Made by a program: the position numbers and the translations under genes
NCBI GenBank assembly: GCA_964291675.2
Contig: OZ219866.1
Span: 1,472,001-1,536,000, forward strand
From: Alphaproteobacteria bacterium
GTDB taxonomy: Bacteria > Pseudomonadota > Alphaproteobacteria > MPNO01
DNA: 64,000 bases
Direction of reading: 5' to 3'
Shown here: positions 1 to 9,747 of the stretch, piece by piece
Position numbering within the stretch: position 1 is the first letter of the stretch
Layout: each line of letters opens with the position of its first letter
Notes under the pieces: generated by a model
Databases searched by the model: none
What the model saw: the letters and a program-made list of their open reading frames with translations, nothing else
Told to the model about the DNA's origin: nothing

Positions 1-1214
1 GCGGTGATGTTGTCGTAGGGCATCTGCTCGGGCCGGACCAAATTGTCGAGCCGGAGCTCGTGCGGCTCGCGTCCGATTTCGCGGGCGATCGCGTCGATCG
101 CGAGCTCCAGCGCGAAGCAGACGCCGGGCCGCGCCACCCCGCGGAACGGCAGGATCGGCGGCTTGTTCGAGGCGACCGACCAGGTGCGGCAGCGGAAGGT
201 GTCGAACAGATAGGGCCCCGGCAGGATGGCCGCGACCTGGGCCGCCTCCAGGCAGGCCGAGAACGGATAGGCCGAATAGGCCCCGGCATCGACCGTCGCC
301 TCGGCTTCCAGCCCGAGCAGCCTTCCCTCCGCGTCGGCGTAGACGGTGAGGATGTAGTGGTGCTCGCGGCAATTGGCGTTGGCGGTCAGATGCTCGCGCC
401 GGTCCTCCAGCCAGCGCACCGGGCGCTCCAGCCGCCTGGCGAGCCAGGAGATGCAGACCTCTTCAGGCGCCAGGATTCCCTTGTAGCCGAACCCGCCGCC
501 GACATCGGGCGCGATCACCCGGACGCTCGCGTGGTCGAGCCCGAGGCATTCGGCGATCCCGGTGCGGACGATATGGGGTAGCTGGGCGGCCGAGGTCACG
601 GTGAGCTGGCGCAGCCGCGGATCCCATTCGGCGAGCACGCCCCTGCCCTCGATCGGCGCCATGCACTGGCGCGCGGTGCGCACCTCGCGCGTCACCCTGA
701 CCGCGGCGCGGGCGGCGACCGCCTCGATATCGTCCTCCACCAGGGTTTCGAGGAACACGTTGTCGCCCCAGTCCTCGTGCACCAGCGGCGCGTCCGCATC
801 GCGCGCGGCGAGCATGTCGGAGACCGCTGGCAGGATGTCGAAATCGACCGCCACGCGGTCGGCCATATCCTCGGCCTCGGCGCGGGTCGCGGCGACGCAG
901 ACGGCGATCGCCTCGCCCACCTGGCGAACCTTGGTCTCCGCGAGCGCCGGCTGGACCGAGGGCTTGAACCCGGGCAGCGCCGAGACCGCGCGGATCGGCC
1001 CGACTCCCGCCATGTCGGCGGCGGTGAACACGCAGGCACGGATGTCGTCCGGGATGTCGATCCCGCGGATCCGGGCATGCGCGACGGGGCTGCGGACGAA
1101 GGCCGCTTCGAGCTGGCCGGCGAGGCCGAAATCGGCCACGAAACGGCCGCGCCCGCGCATCAGCCGGTCGTCCTCCTTGCGCGGGATCGACGCGCCCACC
1201 CCCTGATTTGCCAT
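1..1214 (-). CDS. Xanthine dehydrogenase/CoxL-family molybdopterin-binding large subunit (N-terminal part; runs off window start)
   Basis: Minus strand from ATG at 1214 reads MANQGVGASIPRKEDDRLMRGRGRFVADF...FVRSPVAHARIR...IAPDVGGGFGYK. It is missing from the ORF track because there is no stop in the window. Confidence 0.88.
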   Translation of the reverse strand, partial: MANQGVGASIPRKEDDRLMRGRGRFVADFGLAGQLEAAFVRSPVAHARIRGIDIPDDIRACVFTAADMAGVGPIRAVSALPGFKPSVQPALAETKVRQVGEAIAVCVAATRAEAEDMADRVAVDFDILPAVSDMLAARDADAPLVHEDWGDNVFLETLVEDDIEAVAARAAVRVTREVRTARQCMAPIEGRGVLAEWDPRLRQLTVTSAAQLPHIVRTGIAECLGLDHASVRVIAPDVGGGFGYKGILAPEEVCISWLARRLERPVRWLEDRREHLTANANCREHHYILTVYADAEGRLLGLEAEATVDAGAYSAYPFSACLEAAQVAAILPGPYLFDTFRCRTWSVASNKPPILPFRGVARPGVCFALELAIDAIAREIGREPHELRLDNLVRPEQMPYDNIT

Positions 1215-1291
1215 GCCGAGCCGGTCCCGGGCCGCTATGGTGCCGAGCGGTGGTTATAGCATGGGGCGCGGCGCGGCGCGGGAGAGGGGCG

Positions 1292-2179
1292 ATGGCGAAG
1301 ACGGTCGGGATCGTGGGGCTGGGCCGGATGGGCGGGGCGATGGCGAAAAACCTGATCGCGGCCGGGTTCGCCGTCGTCGGGCGCGATACCGACCCGGCGC
1401 GGGCGGGCGCGCTGGCGGCAATCGGCGGCGAGGTGGCCGGGAGCCCGCGCGCGGTGGCCGAAGCGGCCGATTGCGTGCTGACCTCGCTCCCCACCATTGC
1501 CGCCTTCGAGGCGGTGACGGGCGGGGCGGACGGGATCGCCGCCGCCGACAAGCCCGGCCTCGCCACGTTCGACACCTCGACGCTTCCCATCGCGGTCAAG
1601 GAGGCGGGGCGGGCGGCGCTGGCGGAAGCCGGCCAGATCCTGCTCGACGTGCCGGTGAGCGGCACCAGCACGCAGGCCGAGACCGGCGACCTCGTCGCCT
1701 ATGCCAGCGGCGATGCGCAGGCGATCGCCGGGCTCGCCGGGGTGTTCGAGGGGTTCACCCGCGCCCATTTCGACCTCGGCGAATTCGGCAACGGCAGCCG
1801 CATGAAGTTCGTCGCCAACCTGCTGGTCGCGATCCACAACGTGGCCGCCGGCGAGGCCTTCGCGCTCGGCATCAAGGCCGGGCTCGACCCCGAGCGCATC
1901 CTGGAGGTGATCTCCAGCGGCGCCGGCACCTCGCGCGTCTTCGAGCTGCGCGGCCCCAGCATGGTCGCCGGGGACTACGAGAACGCCTCGGCCACCATCG
2001 GCCTCCAGCTCAAGGACATGAAGGTCATCGGCGACTTCCTGGCCGAGATCGGCTGCGCCGCCCCGCTATTCGCAGTGTCAGGGCAGGTCTACAACGCTGC
2101 CTTGGCGCAGGGACGGGTGGAGCAGGACACGGCGAGCGTGTGCGCGGTGCTGGAGGGGCTTGCGGGGGTGGAGCGGTAG
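1292..2179 (+). CDS. NAD(P)-dependent beta-hydroxyacid dehydrogenase (3-hydroxyisobutyrate dehydrogenase family)
   Basis: GIVGLGRMGGAMAKNL Rossmann motif, DVPVSG, GNGSRMKFVANL; GAGGGG RBS before ATG 1292. Confidence 0.88.
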   Translation: MAKTVGIVGLGRMGGAMAKNLIAAGFAVVGRDTDPARAGALAAIGGEVAGSPRAVAEAADCVLTSLPTIAAFEAVTGGADGIAAADKPGLATFDTSTLPIAVKEAGRAALAEAGQILLDVPVSGTSTQAETGDLVAYASGDAQAIAGLAGVFEGFTRAHFDLGEFGNGSRMKFVANLLVAIHNVAAGEAFALGIKAGLDPERILEVISSGAGTSRVFELRGPSMVAGDYENASATIGLQLKDMKVIGDFLAEIGCAAPLFAVSGQVYNAALAQGRVEQDTASVCAVLEGLAGVER

Positions 2180-2210
2180 GGGGCTTTCTGCCCGATTCTC
2201 CGCAACCCGC

Positions 2211-2648
2211 TCACTCGGGCAGGGTTTCGAAGGGATTCACTGCCCGGATTTCCAATGGCGCGAAGTGGCGCAGGTTGCGCGTCAGCAGCGTCAGGTTCCG
2301 GCTGGCCGCGGTCGCCGCGATGGCGAGGTCGGCGAAGCCGGGGGAATGGCCGGTCGCGCGCGCCCTGTCCATCAGCGGTCCAGCGGCGTTTGCCGCGGCG
2401 ATGTCGAACGGAATCGCGCGGTCGCCATAGAGATGCAGCACGAGGTCGAGCCAGTCGCCGAGGCGCGCGGCCCGTTCGGTGGCGCCGGTCCGATGCAGCC
2501 TGGCGATGCCGTGGCGGATTTCGGCCACGGTGACGGTGGACAGGAACAGGGCGTCCGAGCGCGCCGCCATCCATCCGGCCAGGCCCGGGGGACGGTCCCG
2601 CCGGCCGGGCGCCCCGGTCGACAGAACGTCCGTGTCGACCAGGTACAC
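2211..2648 (-). CDS. vapC: VapC-type PIN-domain toxin
   Basis: MYLVDTDVLS...SVTVAEI-like segment...ADLAIAATA...LLTRNLRHF acidic PIN motifs. Confidence 0.9.
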   Translation of the reverse strand: MYLVDTDVLSTGAPGRRDRPPGLAGWMAARSDALFLSTVTVAEIRHGIARLHRTGATERAARLGDWLDLVLHLYGDRAIPFDIAAANAAGPLMDRARATGHSPGFADLAIAATAASRNLTLLTRNLRHFAPLEIRAVNPFETLPE

Positions 2649-2657
2649 GCGCTGTCC

Positions 2658-2900
2658 CTACGGCGCGGCGTCCCGCGGCGGGGCGGTGTCGCGCGGGGGC
2701 AAATCGCCGTCTTCCAGCCCGGAGGCGAGCAGCAGGCGGCCGAACGAGGGGACGTCGCGCAGGCGGGTCCACTCGTCGATCCCGAGGATCACGGCGCGCG
2801 GCTTGCCGTGGCGCGTGATGATCGCCGTCTCGCCCCGCGCCGCCCCGTCGACCAGGGCGGACAACCGGGCCTTGGCCTCGCGTAGCTGAATTTGTCGCAT
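2658..2900 (-). CDS. Phd/YefM-family antitoxin
   Basis: 80 aa, EAKARLSALVD...GETAIITRHGKPRAV; directly upstream of vapC. Confidence 0.9.
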   Translation of the reverse strand: MRQIQLREAKARLSALVDGAARGETAIITRHGKPRAVILGIDEWTRLRDVPSFGRLLLASGLEDGDLPPRDTAPPRDAAP

Positions 2901-2913
2901 GGACGCTCCAGCT

Positions 2914-2934
2914 TGTAACCAATGTAGTCATACT
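2914..2934 (-). promoter_or_regulatory. Probable TA autoregulatory operator
   Basis: AT-rich imperfect palindrome TGTAACCAATGTAGTCATA just upstream of the antitoxin start; similar to 60024-60044. Confidence 0.4.
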
Positions 2935-3037
2935 AGGTCGCGGCGCCCCATCGCGCAATCGGCGTTCGTCGCCGGTAGAATGCGGGTCCGACACGCGGCC
3001 CGCGGGGTTTGCGGCCGGGGGAAGCGGAGAGCACAGC

Positions 3038-3976
3038 ATGAAAATCGCCGCAGCGCACGACTTCCACGACGAGGTGGCCGAGAGGGCGGCGGCGATCTGC
3101 CCGGATATCGAGTGGGCGCTGACCGACCGGGCCGGCACCTGGACCGTCTCGCCTGAGGGCGCGGACGCGGTGATCTATGCGGGCGATGCCTATACCGAGG
3201 TTTTCGTCGACGCCGTGGCCGCCATCGCGCCGCCGCGTTGGGCGCATACCGAGGATGCGGGCATCGACGGGCGGTTCTATGACGACATGCGGGCCAAGGG
3301 CGTGGCGGTCACCCACAGCCCCGGCGCCAACGCGCCCGAGGTCGCCGAGTTCGCCTTCGCCGGCGTGATGTGGGGGGCGAAGCGGCTCGGCGAGTTCCGC
3401 GACCAGCAGCGCGCGCATGAGTGGCGCCAGCTCGGCCAGACCGCGCTCGGCTCCGCGACCGTCCTGGTGGTCGGGCTCGGCGCCATCGGCAGCCGCATCG
3501 CCGCCTATGCCGGCGCCTTCGGGATGACGGTGCACGGCATCCGGCGCTCGGCCGAGCCCGTGCCGGGGCTGGACCGGCAGGGGACGCTCGCCGATCTCGC
3601 CGACTTCCTGCCCGAGGCCGATTTCGTCGTCCTCGCCGTCCCCAACACCGGCGAAACCGCGAGCATGATCGACGCCGGGGCGCTCGCGCTCATGAAGCCC
3701 ACCGCGACGCTGGTCAATGTCGGGCGCGGCGCGCTGGTCGACATCGCGGCGCTCAGGGATGCGCTCGCCGCGGGCTCCATCGCCCAGGCCTTCCTCGACG
3801 TGTTGCCGAGGGAGCCGCTCCCCGCCGACAGCGATCTCTGGGACGTCCCCAATCTGTTCATCTCGCCCCACACCGCCTGCACGACGCCGCTCTACATCGC
3901 GCGCGTCGGCGAGATCTGGCTCGAAAACCTCGGGCGCTTCCTCGCCGGCGAGAAGATGATCCACCGCGCATTCTGA
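3038..3976 (+). CDS. D-2-hydroxyacid dehydrogenase family protein
   Basis: VVGLGAIG, LVNVGRG, LDVLPREPLP, ISPHTA motifs. Confidence 0.9.
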   Translation: MKIAAAHDFHDEVAERAAAICPDIEWALTDRAGTWTVSPEGADAVIYAGDAYTEVFVDAVAAIAPPRWAHTEDAGIDGRFYDDMRAKGVAVTHSPGANAPEVAEFAFAGVMWGAKRLGEFRDQQRAHEWRQLGQTALGSATVLVVGLGAIGSRIAAYAGAFGMTVHGIRRSAEPVPGLDRQGTLADLADFLPEADFVVLAVPNTGETASMIDAGALALMKPTATLVNVGRGALVDIAALRDALAAGSIAQAFLDVLPREPLPADSDLWDVPNLFISPHTACTTPLYIARVGEIWLENLGRFLAGEKMIHRAF

Positions 3977-4004
3977 CCGGCGACCCGGTCGCCGACCGGA
4001 CATC

Positions 4005-5477
4005 CTAGCGCCGGTCGGGCCTGCCCTTGAACCCGGTGCCGAACCCCGCCTCCCCGGCGGCCCAGCCGCCGGCGACGCGGCCGCTGAAGATGGCGGGACC
4101 CAGCATGGTTCCCTCCAGCCCGGCCTCGCCGTTGATGTGTCCGCCGGCCATGCCCGCGAGCTCGCCCGCCGCATAGAGCCCCGGGACGGGCTCGAAATGC
4201 TTGTCGAGCACCCGGCACCGCAAATCGGTCTTCACCCCGCCGAAATTCTTGCGCGCGAGCGGGAAGAGCTGGATCGCGGAAAACGGCGGGGTGTCGAACT
4301 TCTTCGACCCGCCGAGCGGCTTGCCGAACTCGGGCTCGGCCTCCAGCCCGTCGTCGAAGGCGCGGTTGTAGCGCGCGACGGTATCGAGGAAGGCCGCCTC
4401 GTCGACCCCGATCGCCCGGGCCAAGGCTTCGAGCGTGTCGGCATTGGCGATGTTGGGCGAGTCGGCGAACAGCGCGGCGATCCGCTCGCGCGAGACCGCG
4501 TTGCCCACCCGGTAGTGGGGATCGGCGACCTCCATCGCCCCCGTCATGCCGGCGTCGAGGATCGCCCAGGCGTGGCACGGGTCCTGCGCCAGAAGGGCCG
4601 GGGTCGCCGTGGCGCCGCCCGACAGCGCCTCGTTGTGGAAGCGCCGCCCCTGCTGGTTGACCCAGATGTAGCCCGGCGTCCCGCGGAAGACGAGCCCGCG
4701 GCGCGCGCGCGGATCGCGGTGGTCGGGGGTCGCATAGACGTAGAGCCAGATATTGCCGAGATGGGTGAGGTAGCCGCCGGCCTCGCGGACCAGGGCATGG
4801 CCGGACCCGGTGGCGTTGCGGCCGGACCCCTCCATGATCCGGTGCCGCGCGAGGTCGGGTCTGGCCTCGAGGACCATGTCGAGATTCGAGTTGAACCCGC
4901 CGGTCGCCACCAGCACGCACCGGCAATCGACCGCGAACCCCTCGCCGCTCTCCAGGTCCCGCCCTTCGAGCCCGGCGGCGCGCCCCGCCTCGGTGCGGAT
5001 GCTGGTGATCTCGGCGTTGGGGACGATCTCGCCGCCGCGCGCGCGATAGGCCTCGATCAGCCGCCCGGTCAGCTCGCGGCCGGCGCCGCCCGGGCGGGTC
5101 CAGCGCATGACCGAGTTGCCCTCCTGCGGCTTCATGTCGGCCCATTCCACGCCGAGCCCCTCGGCCCAGAAATAGAGGTCGTTGAGCGAATGCTCGATGT
5201 AGTAGCGCGCCCAGACGGCATCGGCCGAGGGCCCGCCCCAGCGCATCCAGTCGGCGAAGGCGAGGTCGGGGCTGTCCTCGATTCCCCGCGCGCGCTGCAG
5301 CGGCGAGTCCACGATCAGGCAGCCTCCGCCCGAGACGATCGACGCGCCGCCGGGCTCGGCCGCCATCTCGAAGGCGACGGTGCGCGCGCCGGCGTCCCGC
5401 GCCTCGATCCCGGCGGCCATCCCGGCGCCGCCGGCGCCGACGATCGCCACATCCGCCTCGAAACGCCTGACACCCAT
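4005..5477 (-). CDS. FAD-dependent oxidoreductase (FAD_binding_2; KsdD-like/flavocytochrome c flavoprotein family)
   Basis: IVGAGGAG, GGASIVSGG, LVATGGF, RKNFGGVKTD, GLYAAGE, GLEGTMLGPAIFSGR. Confidence 0.8.
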   Translation of the reverse strand: MGVRRFEADVAIVGAGGAGMAAGIEARDAGARTVAFEMAAEPGGASIVSGGGCLIVDSPLQRARGIEDSPDLAFADWMRWGGPSADAVWARYYIEHSLNDLYFWAEGLGVEWADMKPQEGNSVMRWTRPGGAGRELTGRLIEAYRARGGEIVPNAEITSIRTEAGRAAGLEGRDLESGEGFAVDCRCVLVATGGFNSNLDMVLEARPDLARHRIMEGSGRNATGSGHALVREAGGYLTHLGNIWLYVYATPDHRDPRARRGLVFRGTPGYIWVNQQGRRFHNEALSGGATATPALLAQDPCHAWAILDAGMTGAMEVADPHYRVGNAVSRERIAALFADSPNIANADTLEALARAIGVDEAAFLDTVARYNRAFDDGLEAEPEFGKPLGGSKKFDTPPFSAIQLFPLARKNFGGVKTDLRCRVLDKHFEPVPGLYAAGELAGMAGGHINGEAGLEGTMLGPAIFSGRVAGGWAAGEAGFGTGFKGRPDRR

Positions 5478-5603
5478 TGCCGCCCCACCCCGCCGATTTG
5501 CCCCGGCCGGGGAAGCGTTTAGCACGCCGCGCGCGGTGGAAACAGCCGCGCCCTCTCCCTAGGATCGCCGGCCCGCGTCCCCAACCAGCGAAAGACACCG
5601 AGC

Positions 5604-6506
5604 ATGAAATACCGCTACCTCGACTGGTCGATCGAATCCTCGCCGCAGAACCCGGGCGACAACGCGATCGGCATCCTCACCCTCGACCGACCCGACCACG
5701 CCAACGCCATCGGACCGCGCATGACCATGGAGCTGCACCAGCTCGTCGACGAGATCCGCCACTCCTCCGCCCGGGTGGTCATCGTCACCGGCGCCGGCGG
5801 CAATTTTTCGGGCGGCGGCGACCTCCGGATCGAGACCATGCCGATGGAGGACCAGAAGGACGAGTGGACCGATTACGGCGTCAAAGGGGAGTACGGCGAG
5901 ATGCTGGTCTGGTTCGCCAACGACTATTTCCACATCGTCGCCCAGCGCATGTGCCGCAAGCTGGAGGACCTGCCGCAGGTCACCATCGCGGCGGTCGACG
6001 GGATCGCCGTCGGCATCGGGCTGGAGATGGCGGTCTCCTGCGATCTCAGGATCGCGTCCGACCGCGTGCGCTTCGCCGAGATCGCGGTGCCGGCCGGCTT
6101 CATGAGCGAGTGGAGCGCGCCGCGCAGCCTGCCCGGGCTGATCGGCCAGACCCGGGCCAACGAGATGATCCTGACCGGGCGCTTCGTCTTCGCCGAGGAG
6201 GCCGAGCGCATCGGCCTGGTCAACAAGGCGGTGCCGGCGGGCTCGCTGCTGGACGAGGCGCGCGCCTGGGCCGGGCGGATGTGCACCTACCCGGCGCTCG
6301 GCCTCAGATACGCCAAGGAGACCATCCGCCTGTACCAGAACCAGAACCGTCAGAAGGAGCACGGCGAGGTCGAGATGGAGCGCATCTTCGAGATCACCCG
6401 CACCGCCGACTGCGCGGAAGGGATCGAGGCGTTCCTGGACAAGCGCGCCCCAGTCTATCACCCCGGTGCGCCGGTCGACAAGCAGGCGCGCTGGCACGAC
6501 CGCTGA
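5604..6506 (+). CDS. Enoyl-CoA hydratase/isomerase (crotonase) family protein
   Basis: FSGGGDL, IAAVDGIAVGIGLEMAVSCDLRIA, GLVNK, EGIEAFLDKRAP. Confidence 0.9.
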   Translation: MKYRYLDWSIESSPQNPGDNAIGILTLDRPDHANAIGPRMTMELHQLVDEIRHSSARVVIVTGAGGNFSGGGDLRIETMPMEDQKDEWTDYGVKGEYGEMLVWFANDYFHIVAQRMCRKLEDLPQVTIAAVDGIAVGIGLEMAVSCDLRIASDRVRFAEIAVPAGFMSEWSAPRSLPGLIGQTRANEMILTGRFVFAEEAERIGLVNKAVPAGSLLDEARAWAGRMCTYPALGLRYAKETIRLYQNQNRQKEHGEVEMERIFEITRTADCAEGIEAFLDKRAPVYHPGAPVDKQARWHDR

Positions 6507-6667
6507 GGGCGGGCGTATATGCGGGCGGGAATCCCGCCTGATCCCGAGTAGACACGCTCGCGCCATGTCGCGGGACGTCCTCAGACACGCCCCTGCGTGG
6601 CTACCCGGGGAGAGGGCGGGTTGGAGGCGGGCAATGGGCTCGCCGCGCCCCGGGCGGGATCGAGAGG

Positions 6668-7441
6668 TCAGACCCGCCCGGCGATCCCCTCGTCGAGATC
6701 GACCCCGCCCGCCGCGAAGGCGCGTTCCGCCGCGGCGACGAAGGCCGCCGCCTCTTGCTCGGTCATCGCGCCGCGGAACATCTCCCGGCGCATCGAGACC
6801 CGCTGCGCGCTGATCGCCCGGATCGCCCCGGTCATCCGCGCGAGATCGTCCTCGCCCCCGATCAGCGACACCGCCTCGCGCGCCATCTCCTTGTAGTGGT
6901 CGCGCTCGTCGTCGTAGATCACCCGCATCGCGCGCGCGGTCATCTCGTGGAGCGCGCTGCCGGCGAGCTTCGCCCCCTCGCGGAACAGCCTGGCGCCGCC
7001 GCCCTCGGTGAAGCCGACGGCGGCCCGCTCGATCGGCGAGCCCGAGCGGACATAGGCCCGGCGCAGATCGCCGAGCTTCTTCTCCTCGGGGAGCTGGACC
7101 GTGTCGTCCGGCGAGATCGGCCGGCCCGCGAGATGCTCGAACACGTCGGCCAGCAGCGCATAGTGGTTGAACTCGTCGGCGAGCTGGGTGAGCCGGAAAT
7201 GGAACTCGCGGCGCGGGATCGTCTTGTCGATTTCGGGGAAGCACTCGACCAGCGCGGCGAGCTCGCGGTGCAGCCCGTTGAAATAGCCGTCGACCGGGTT
7301 GAGCTCCTTCCAGAGCTGCGCCTTCAGATAGAAGACATGGTCGTCCTCGCTCGCCCGGCCGTAGAACCGGCGCGCGATCTCCCCCTCCGCCTCCCAGTAG
7401 GGCCAGGCGGCGGCGAGCAAGGCGTGTTCGGTTGCCGTCAT
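6668..7441 (-). CDS. Uncharacterised ferritin-like (probable di-iron) protein
   Basis: MTATEHALL start with GGAG RBS; helical, with EAEGE, DEFNH, TEGGG and DERDH giving an E...ExxH...E...ExxH pattern. Confidence 0.6.
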   Translation of the reverse strand: MTATEHALLAAAWPYWEAEGEIARRFYGRASEDDHVFYLKAQLWKELNPVDGYFNGLHRELAALVECFPEIDKTIPRREFHFRLTQLADEFNHYALLADVFEHLAGRPISPDDTVQLPEEKKLGDLRRAYVRSGSPIERAAVGFTEGGGARLFREGAKLAGSALHEMTARAMRVIYDDERDHYKEMAREAVSLIGGEDDLARMTGAIRAISAQRVSMRREMFRGAMTEQEAAAFVAAAERAFAAGGVDLDEGIAGRV

Positions 7442-7531
7442 CTGCGTCTCCCGGGTGTCGCCGCGATGATAGCGGCAGGGCCGAAAGCGGCAAGCGTTGC
7501 GGGGTTTCGGGCGCTCTGAGACAATGCGCCC

Positions 7532-9241
7532 ATGCCGCAGCTCGATACCGACGTGCTGGTGATCGGCGCCGGCGGGGCGGGCATGTACGCCGCGGTCGCC
7601 GCCGCCCGCCAGGGCGCGCGCGTCGTGCTGGCGGACAAGAGCCTGGTCGGCCGCGGCGGCGCGACGATCATGGCGCAGATGACCGTCGCCGCCGCGGTCG
7701 GCGAGTGGCAGCCCGATCACTGGACCCACCATTTCGCCGACACCGTCGAGGCCGGGCGCGGGCTGTGCAACGAGCGCCTGGCGGCGATCCTGTGCGAGGA
7801 GGCGCCGCTCCGCATCCGGGAGATGGACTCCTGGCGGGTGGGCTGGGCGCGCGAGGACGGCCGCATGCGGGCGGTGATGGCGCCGGGCCACAACATCCCG
7901 CGCTGCGTCTATGTCGATTTCCTCAATACCGGGCCCGCGGTCGCCAAGACGCTGCGCGGCCGGGTCGCGCAGGGCGCGGGGATCGCGCGGGTGAGCGGGC
8001 TCCCGATCGCCGAACTCGTGGTCCATGACGGGCGGGTCGCCGGCGCCGTCGGGATCAACCTGGAGGACGGAAGGCCGGTCGGGATCGCGGCCTCGGCGGT
8101 GATCCTCGCCGCCGGCGGGCTCACCCGGCTGTTCCGGCGCAACAGCGCCTCGGCCAATATGGGCGGCGATGCCTATGCGCTGGCGCTCGACGCGGGCGCC
8201 GAGCTGATCGACATGGAGTTCCCGCAGTTCTTCCCGATCGGCCATCTGGCGCCGCGGCTGGTGGGCATGGACCCGATCATGTGGGACCCGTTCCGCTACA
8301 AGCTCGGCGGCCGGCTGCTCAACGGCAGGATGGAAGAGTTCATCGAGAGCTACGGCGAGAGCGACTCGGGCGTCTATACCGCGCCGCGCGACATCACCTC
8401 CTATGCCATCGTCAAGGAATGCGAGGCCGGGCGCGGCTCGCCGGGCGGCGGGGCGTATCTCAGCTTCGAGCACATCCCGGAGCCGGAGCTCAGGCTCGCC
8501 TTCGGACCGGTGATCGACCGGCTGGCGAAGAACGGGATCGACCTGACGAAGCGCCCCATCGAGGTCGCGCCGATCGCGCATTACCACATGGGGGGAATCC
8601 GGGTCGACGAACGGATGGAGACCCGCGTCGAAGGGCTTTTTGCCGCCGGCGAGGCGGTCGGCGGCGCCAACGGCGCCAACCGGCTGTCGGGCAACGCGAT
8701 CCCGGAAGCCTTCGTGTTCGGCGAGCGCGCCGGTCGCTTCGCCGCCGAACGCAAGGCGGAGGCGCCGGCCTGGCGCGGCGGCGACGACGCGCGGGCGCGA
8801 GCGCTGGCGGAGATCGCGCATGGCGGCGGCGAGGCGGCCGGGCTCGGCGCGCTGCTGCGCGAGCTGCAGGCGCTGATGTGGGACGATGTGGGCCTGCTCA
8901 GGACCGGGGACGGGCTTTTGCGCGCGCTCCGGCGGATCCGCGAGATGCGGGAGCAGGACCTGCCGGCGCTGGCGCCGGAGCGCAAGGCGCATTTCGATCA
9001 CGCCCTGCTCGACTGGCTGGACCTCAGGGCATCGCTCGCGGCCGCGGAATCGGTGGCGCTGGCGGCGCTCAACCGCCGGGAGAGCCGGGGCGCGCATCAG
9101 CGCGAGGACTTTGTCGAGACCGACCCGGCCTATGCGCGGAACCAGGTGCTGCGGCTATCCGGGGACGGCGCGCTCGAATGCGGCTGGACCGGGATCGTCG
9201 CCGAGCCGCACGCCCGGGCGCCGCTCGAGGCGGCGGAATGA
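7532..9241 (+). CDS. SdhA/FrdA/NadB-like flavoprotein (atypical)
   Basis: VIGAGGAG, APRD, AHYHMGG, GANRLSGNA, RRESRGAHQR; lacks the canonical SHT His and the QFHPT His. Confidence 0.85.
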   Translation: MPQLDTDVLVIGAGGAGMYAAVAAARQGARVVLADKSLVGRGGATIMAQMTVAAAVGEWQPDHWTHHFADTVEAGRGLCNERLAAILCEEAPLRIREMDSWRVGWAREDGRMRAVMAPGHNIPRCVYVDFLNTGPAVAKTLRGRVAQGAGIARVSGLPIAELVVHDGRVAGAVGINLEDGRPVGIAASAVILAAGGLTRLFRRNSASANMGGDAYALALDAGAELIDMEFPQFFPIGHLAPRLVGMDPIMWDPFRYKLGGRLLNGRMEEFIESYGESDSGVYTAPRDITSYAIVKECEAGRGSPGGGAYLSFEHIPEPELRLAFGPVIDRLAKNGIDLTKRPIEVAPIAHYHMGGIRVDERMETRVEGLFAAGEAVGGANGANRLSGNAIPEAFVFGERAGRFAAERKAEAPAWRGGDDARARALAEIAHGGGEAAGLGALLRELQALMWDDVGLLRTGDGLLRALRRIREMREQDLPALAPERKAHFDHALLDWLDLRASLAAAESVALAALNRRESRGAHQREDFVETDPAYARNQVLRLSGDGALECGWTGIVAEPHARAPLEAAE

Positions 9242-9594
9242 GCGCCGACAGCGTCACCATCCGGGTGCGCCGCGGGACCCCCGGCGAGCCGTCCCGGATC
9301 GAAGCCTTCACCGTCCCCTACAGCGAGGGCATGTCGGTGCTGGACGCGGTGATGTGGGTGCGCGGCCACGTCGATTCGACGCTTGCCATCCGCTACGCCT
9401 GCATCAACGCCAATGCCTGCAAGGAATGCATGGTGCGGGTCGACGGCAAGACCGGCTATGCCTGCACCTCCCGCCTGGGCGCGGACGGCGCGCTGATCGA
9501 GCCGCTGGACAACAAGGCGCTGATCCGCGACCTGGTGACCGATATCGTCCCGCCCAAGGAACGCCTCGGCGCCCATCTCGAAGAGGGCGGCTAA
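9238..9594 (+). CDS. 2Fe-2S protein, SdhB N-terminal (Fer2_3) domain only
   Basis: ATGA overlap with upstream stop; GMSVLDA...CINANACKEC...YACT...IEPL...LIRDLV; 118 aa with no 4Fe-4S/3Fe-4S domain. Confidence 0.8.
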   Translation: MSADSVTIRVRRGTPGEPSRIEAFTVPYSEGMSVLDAVMWVRGHVDSTLAIRYACINANACKECMVRVDGKTGYACTSRLGADGALIEPLDNKALIRDLVTDIVPPKERLGAHLEEGG

Positions 9595-9641
9595 CGCCAG
9601 CCCCGATTTCTCATCGGCGGCAGGCGCTTGTCGCGCGAGCA

Positions 9642-9670
9642 TTGACAGGCGAGAACGAAACCAATACATA
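9642..9670 (+). promoter_or_regulatory. Sigma70-type promoter for the NYN cassette
   Basis: TTGACA (9642-9647), 17-bp spacer, TACATA (9665-9670). Confidence 0.65.
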
Positions 9671-9673
9671 AAG

Positions 9674-9745
9674 ACGTAATCCGCTACGCCCGTAGGCGGG
9701 CACGTTCCCGAGACCCCTCACGGGCCAAGCCCTTGGGGGGTCTTT
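9674..9745 (+). ncRNA. Structured leader / candidate small RNA upstream of the NYN gene
   Basis: Hairpin ccgc-tacg/cgta-gcgg (9681-9699), then AGACCCC...GGGC-CAA-GCCC...GGGGTCT (9711-9743), followed by a T run. Confidence 0.4.
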
Positions 9746-9747
9746 TG

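Noticed and set aside
6576-6615. Degenerate half copy of repeat family A (GTCCTCAGACACGCCCCTGCGTGGCTACCCGGGGAGAGG)
   Set aside because: Similarity is too weak to call as a feature.
7532-9594. sdhAB/frdAB assignment
   Set aside because: Key His residues, the SdhB C-terminal clusters and the anchor subunits are missing.
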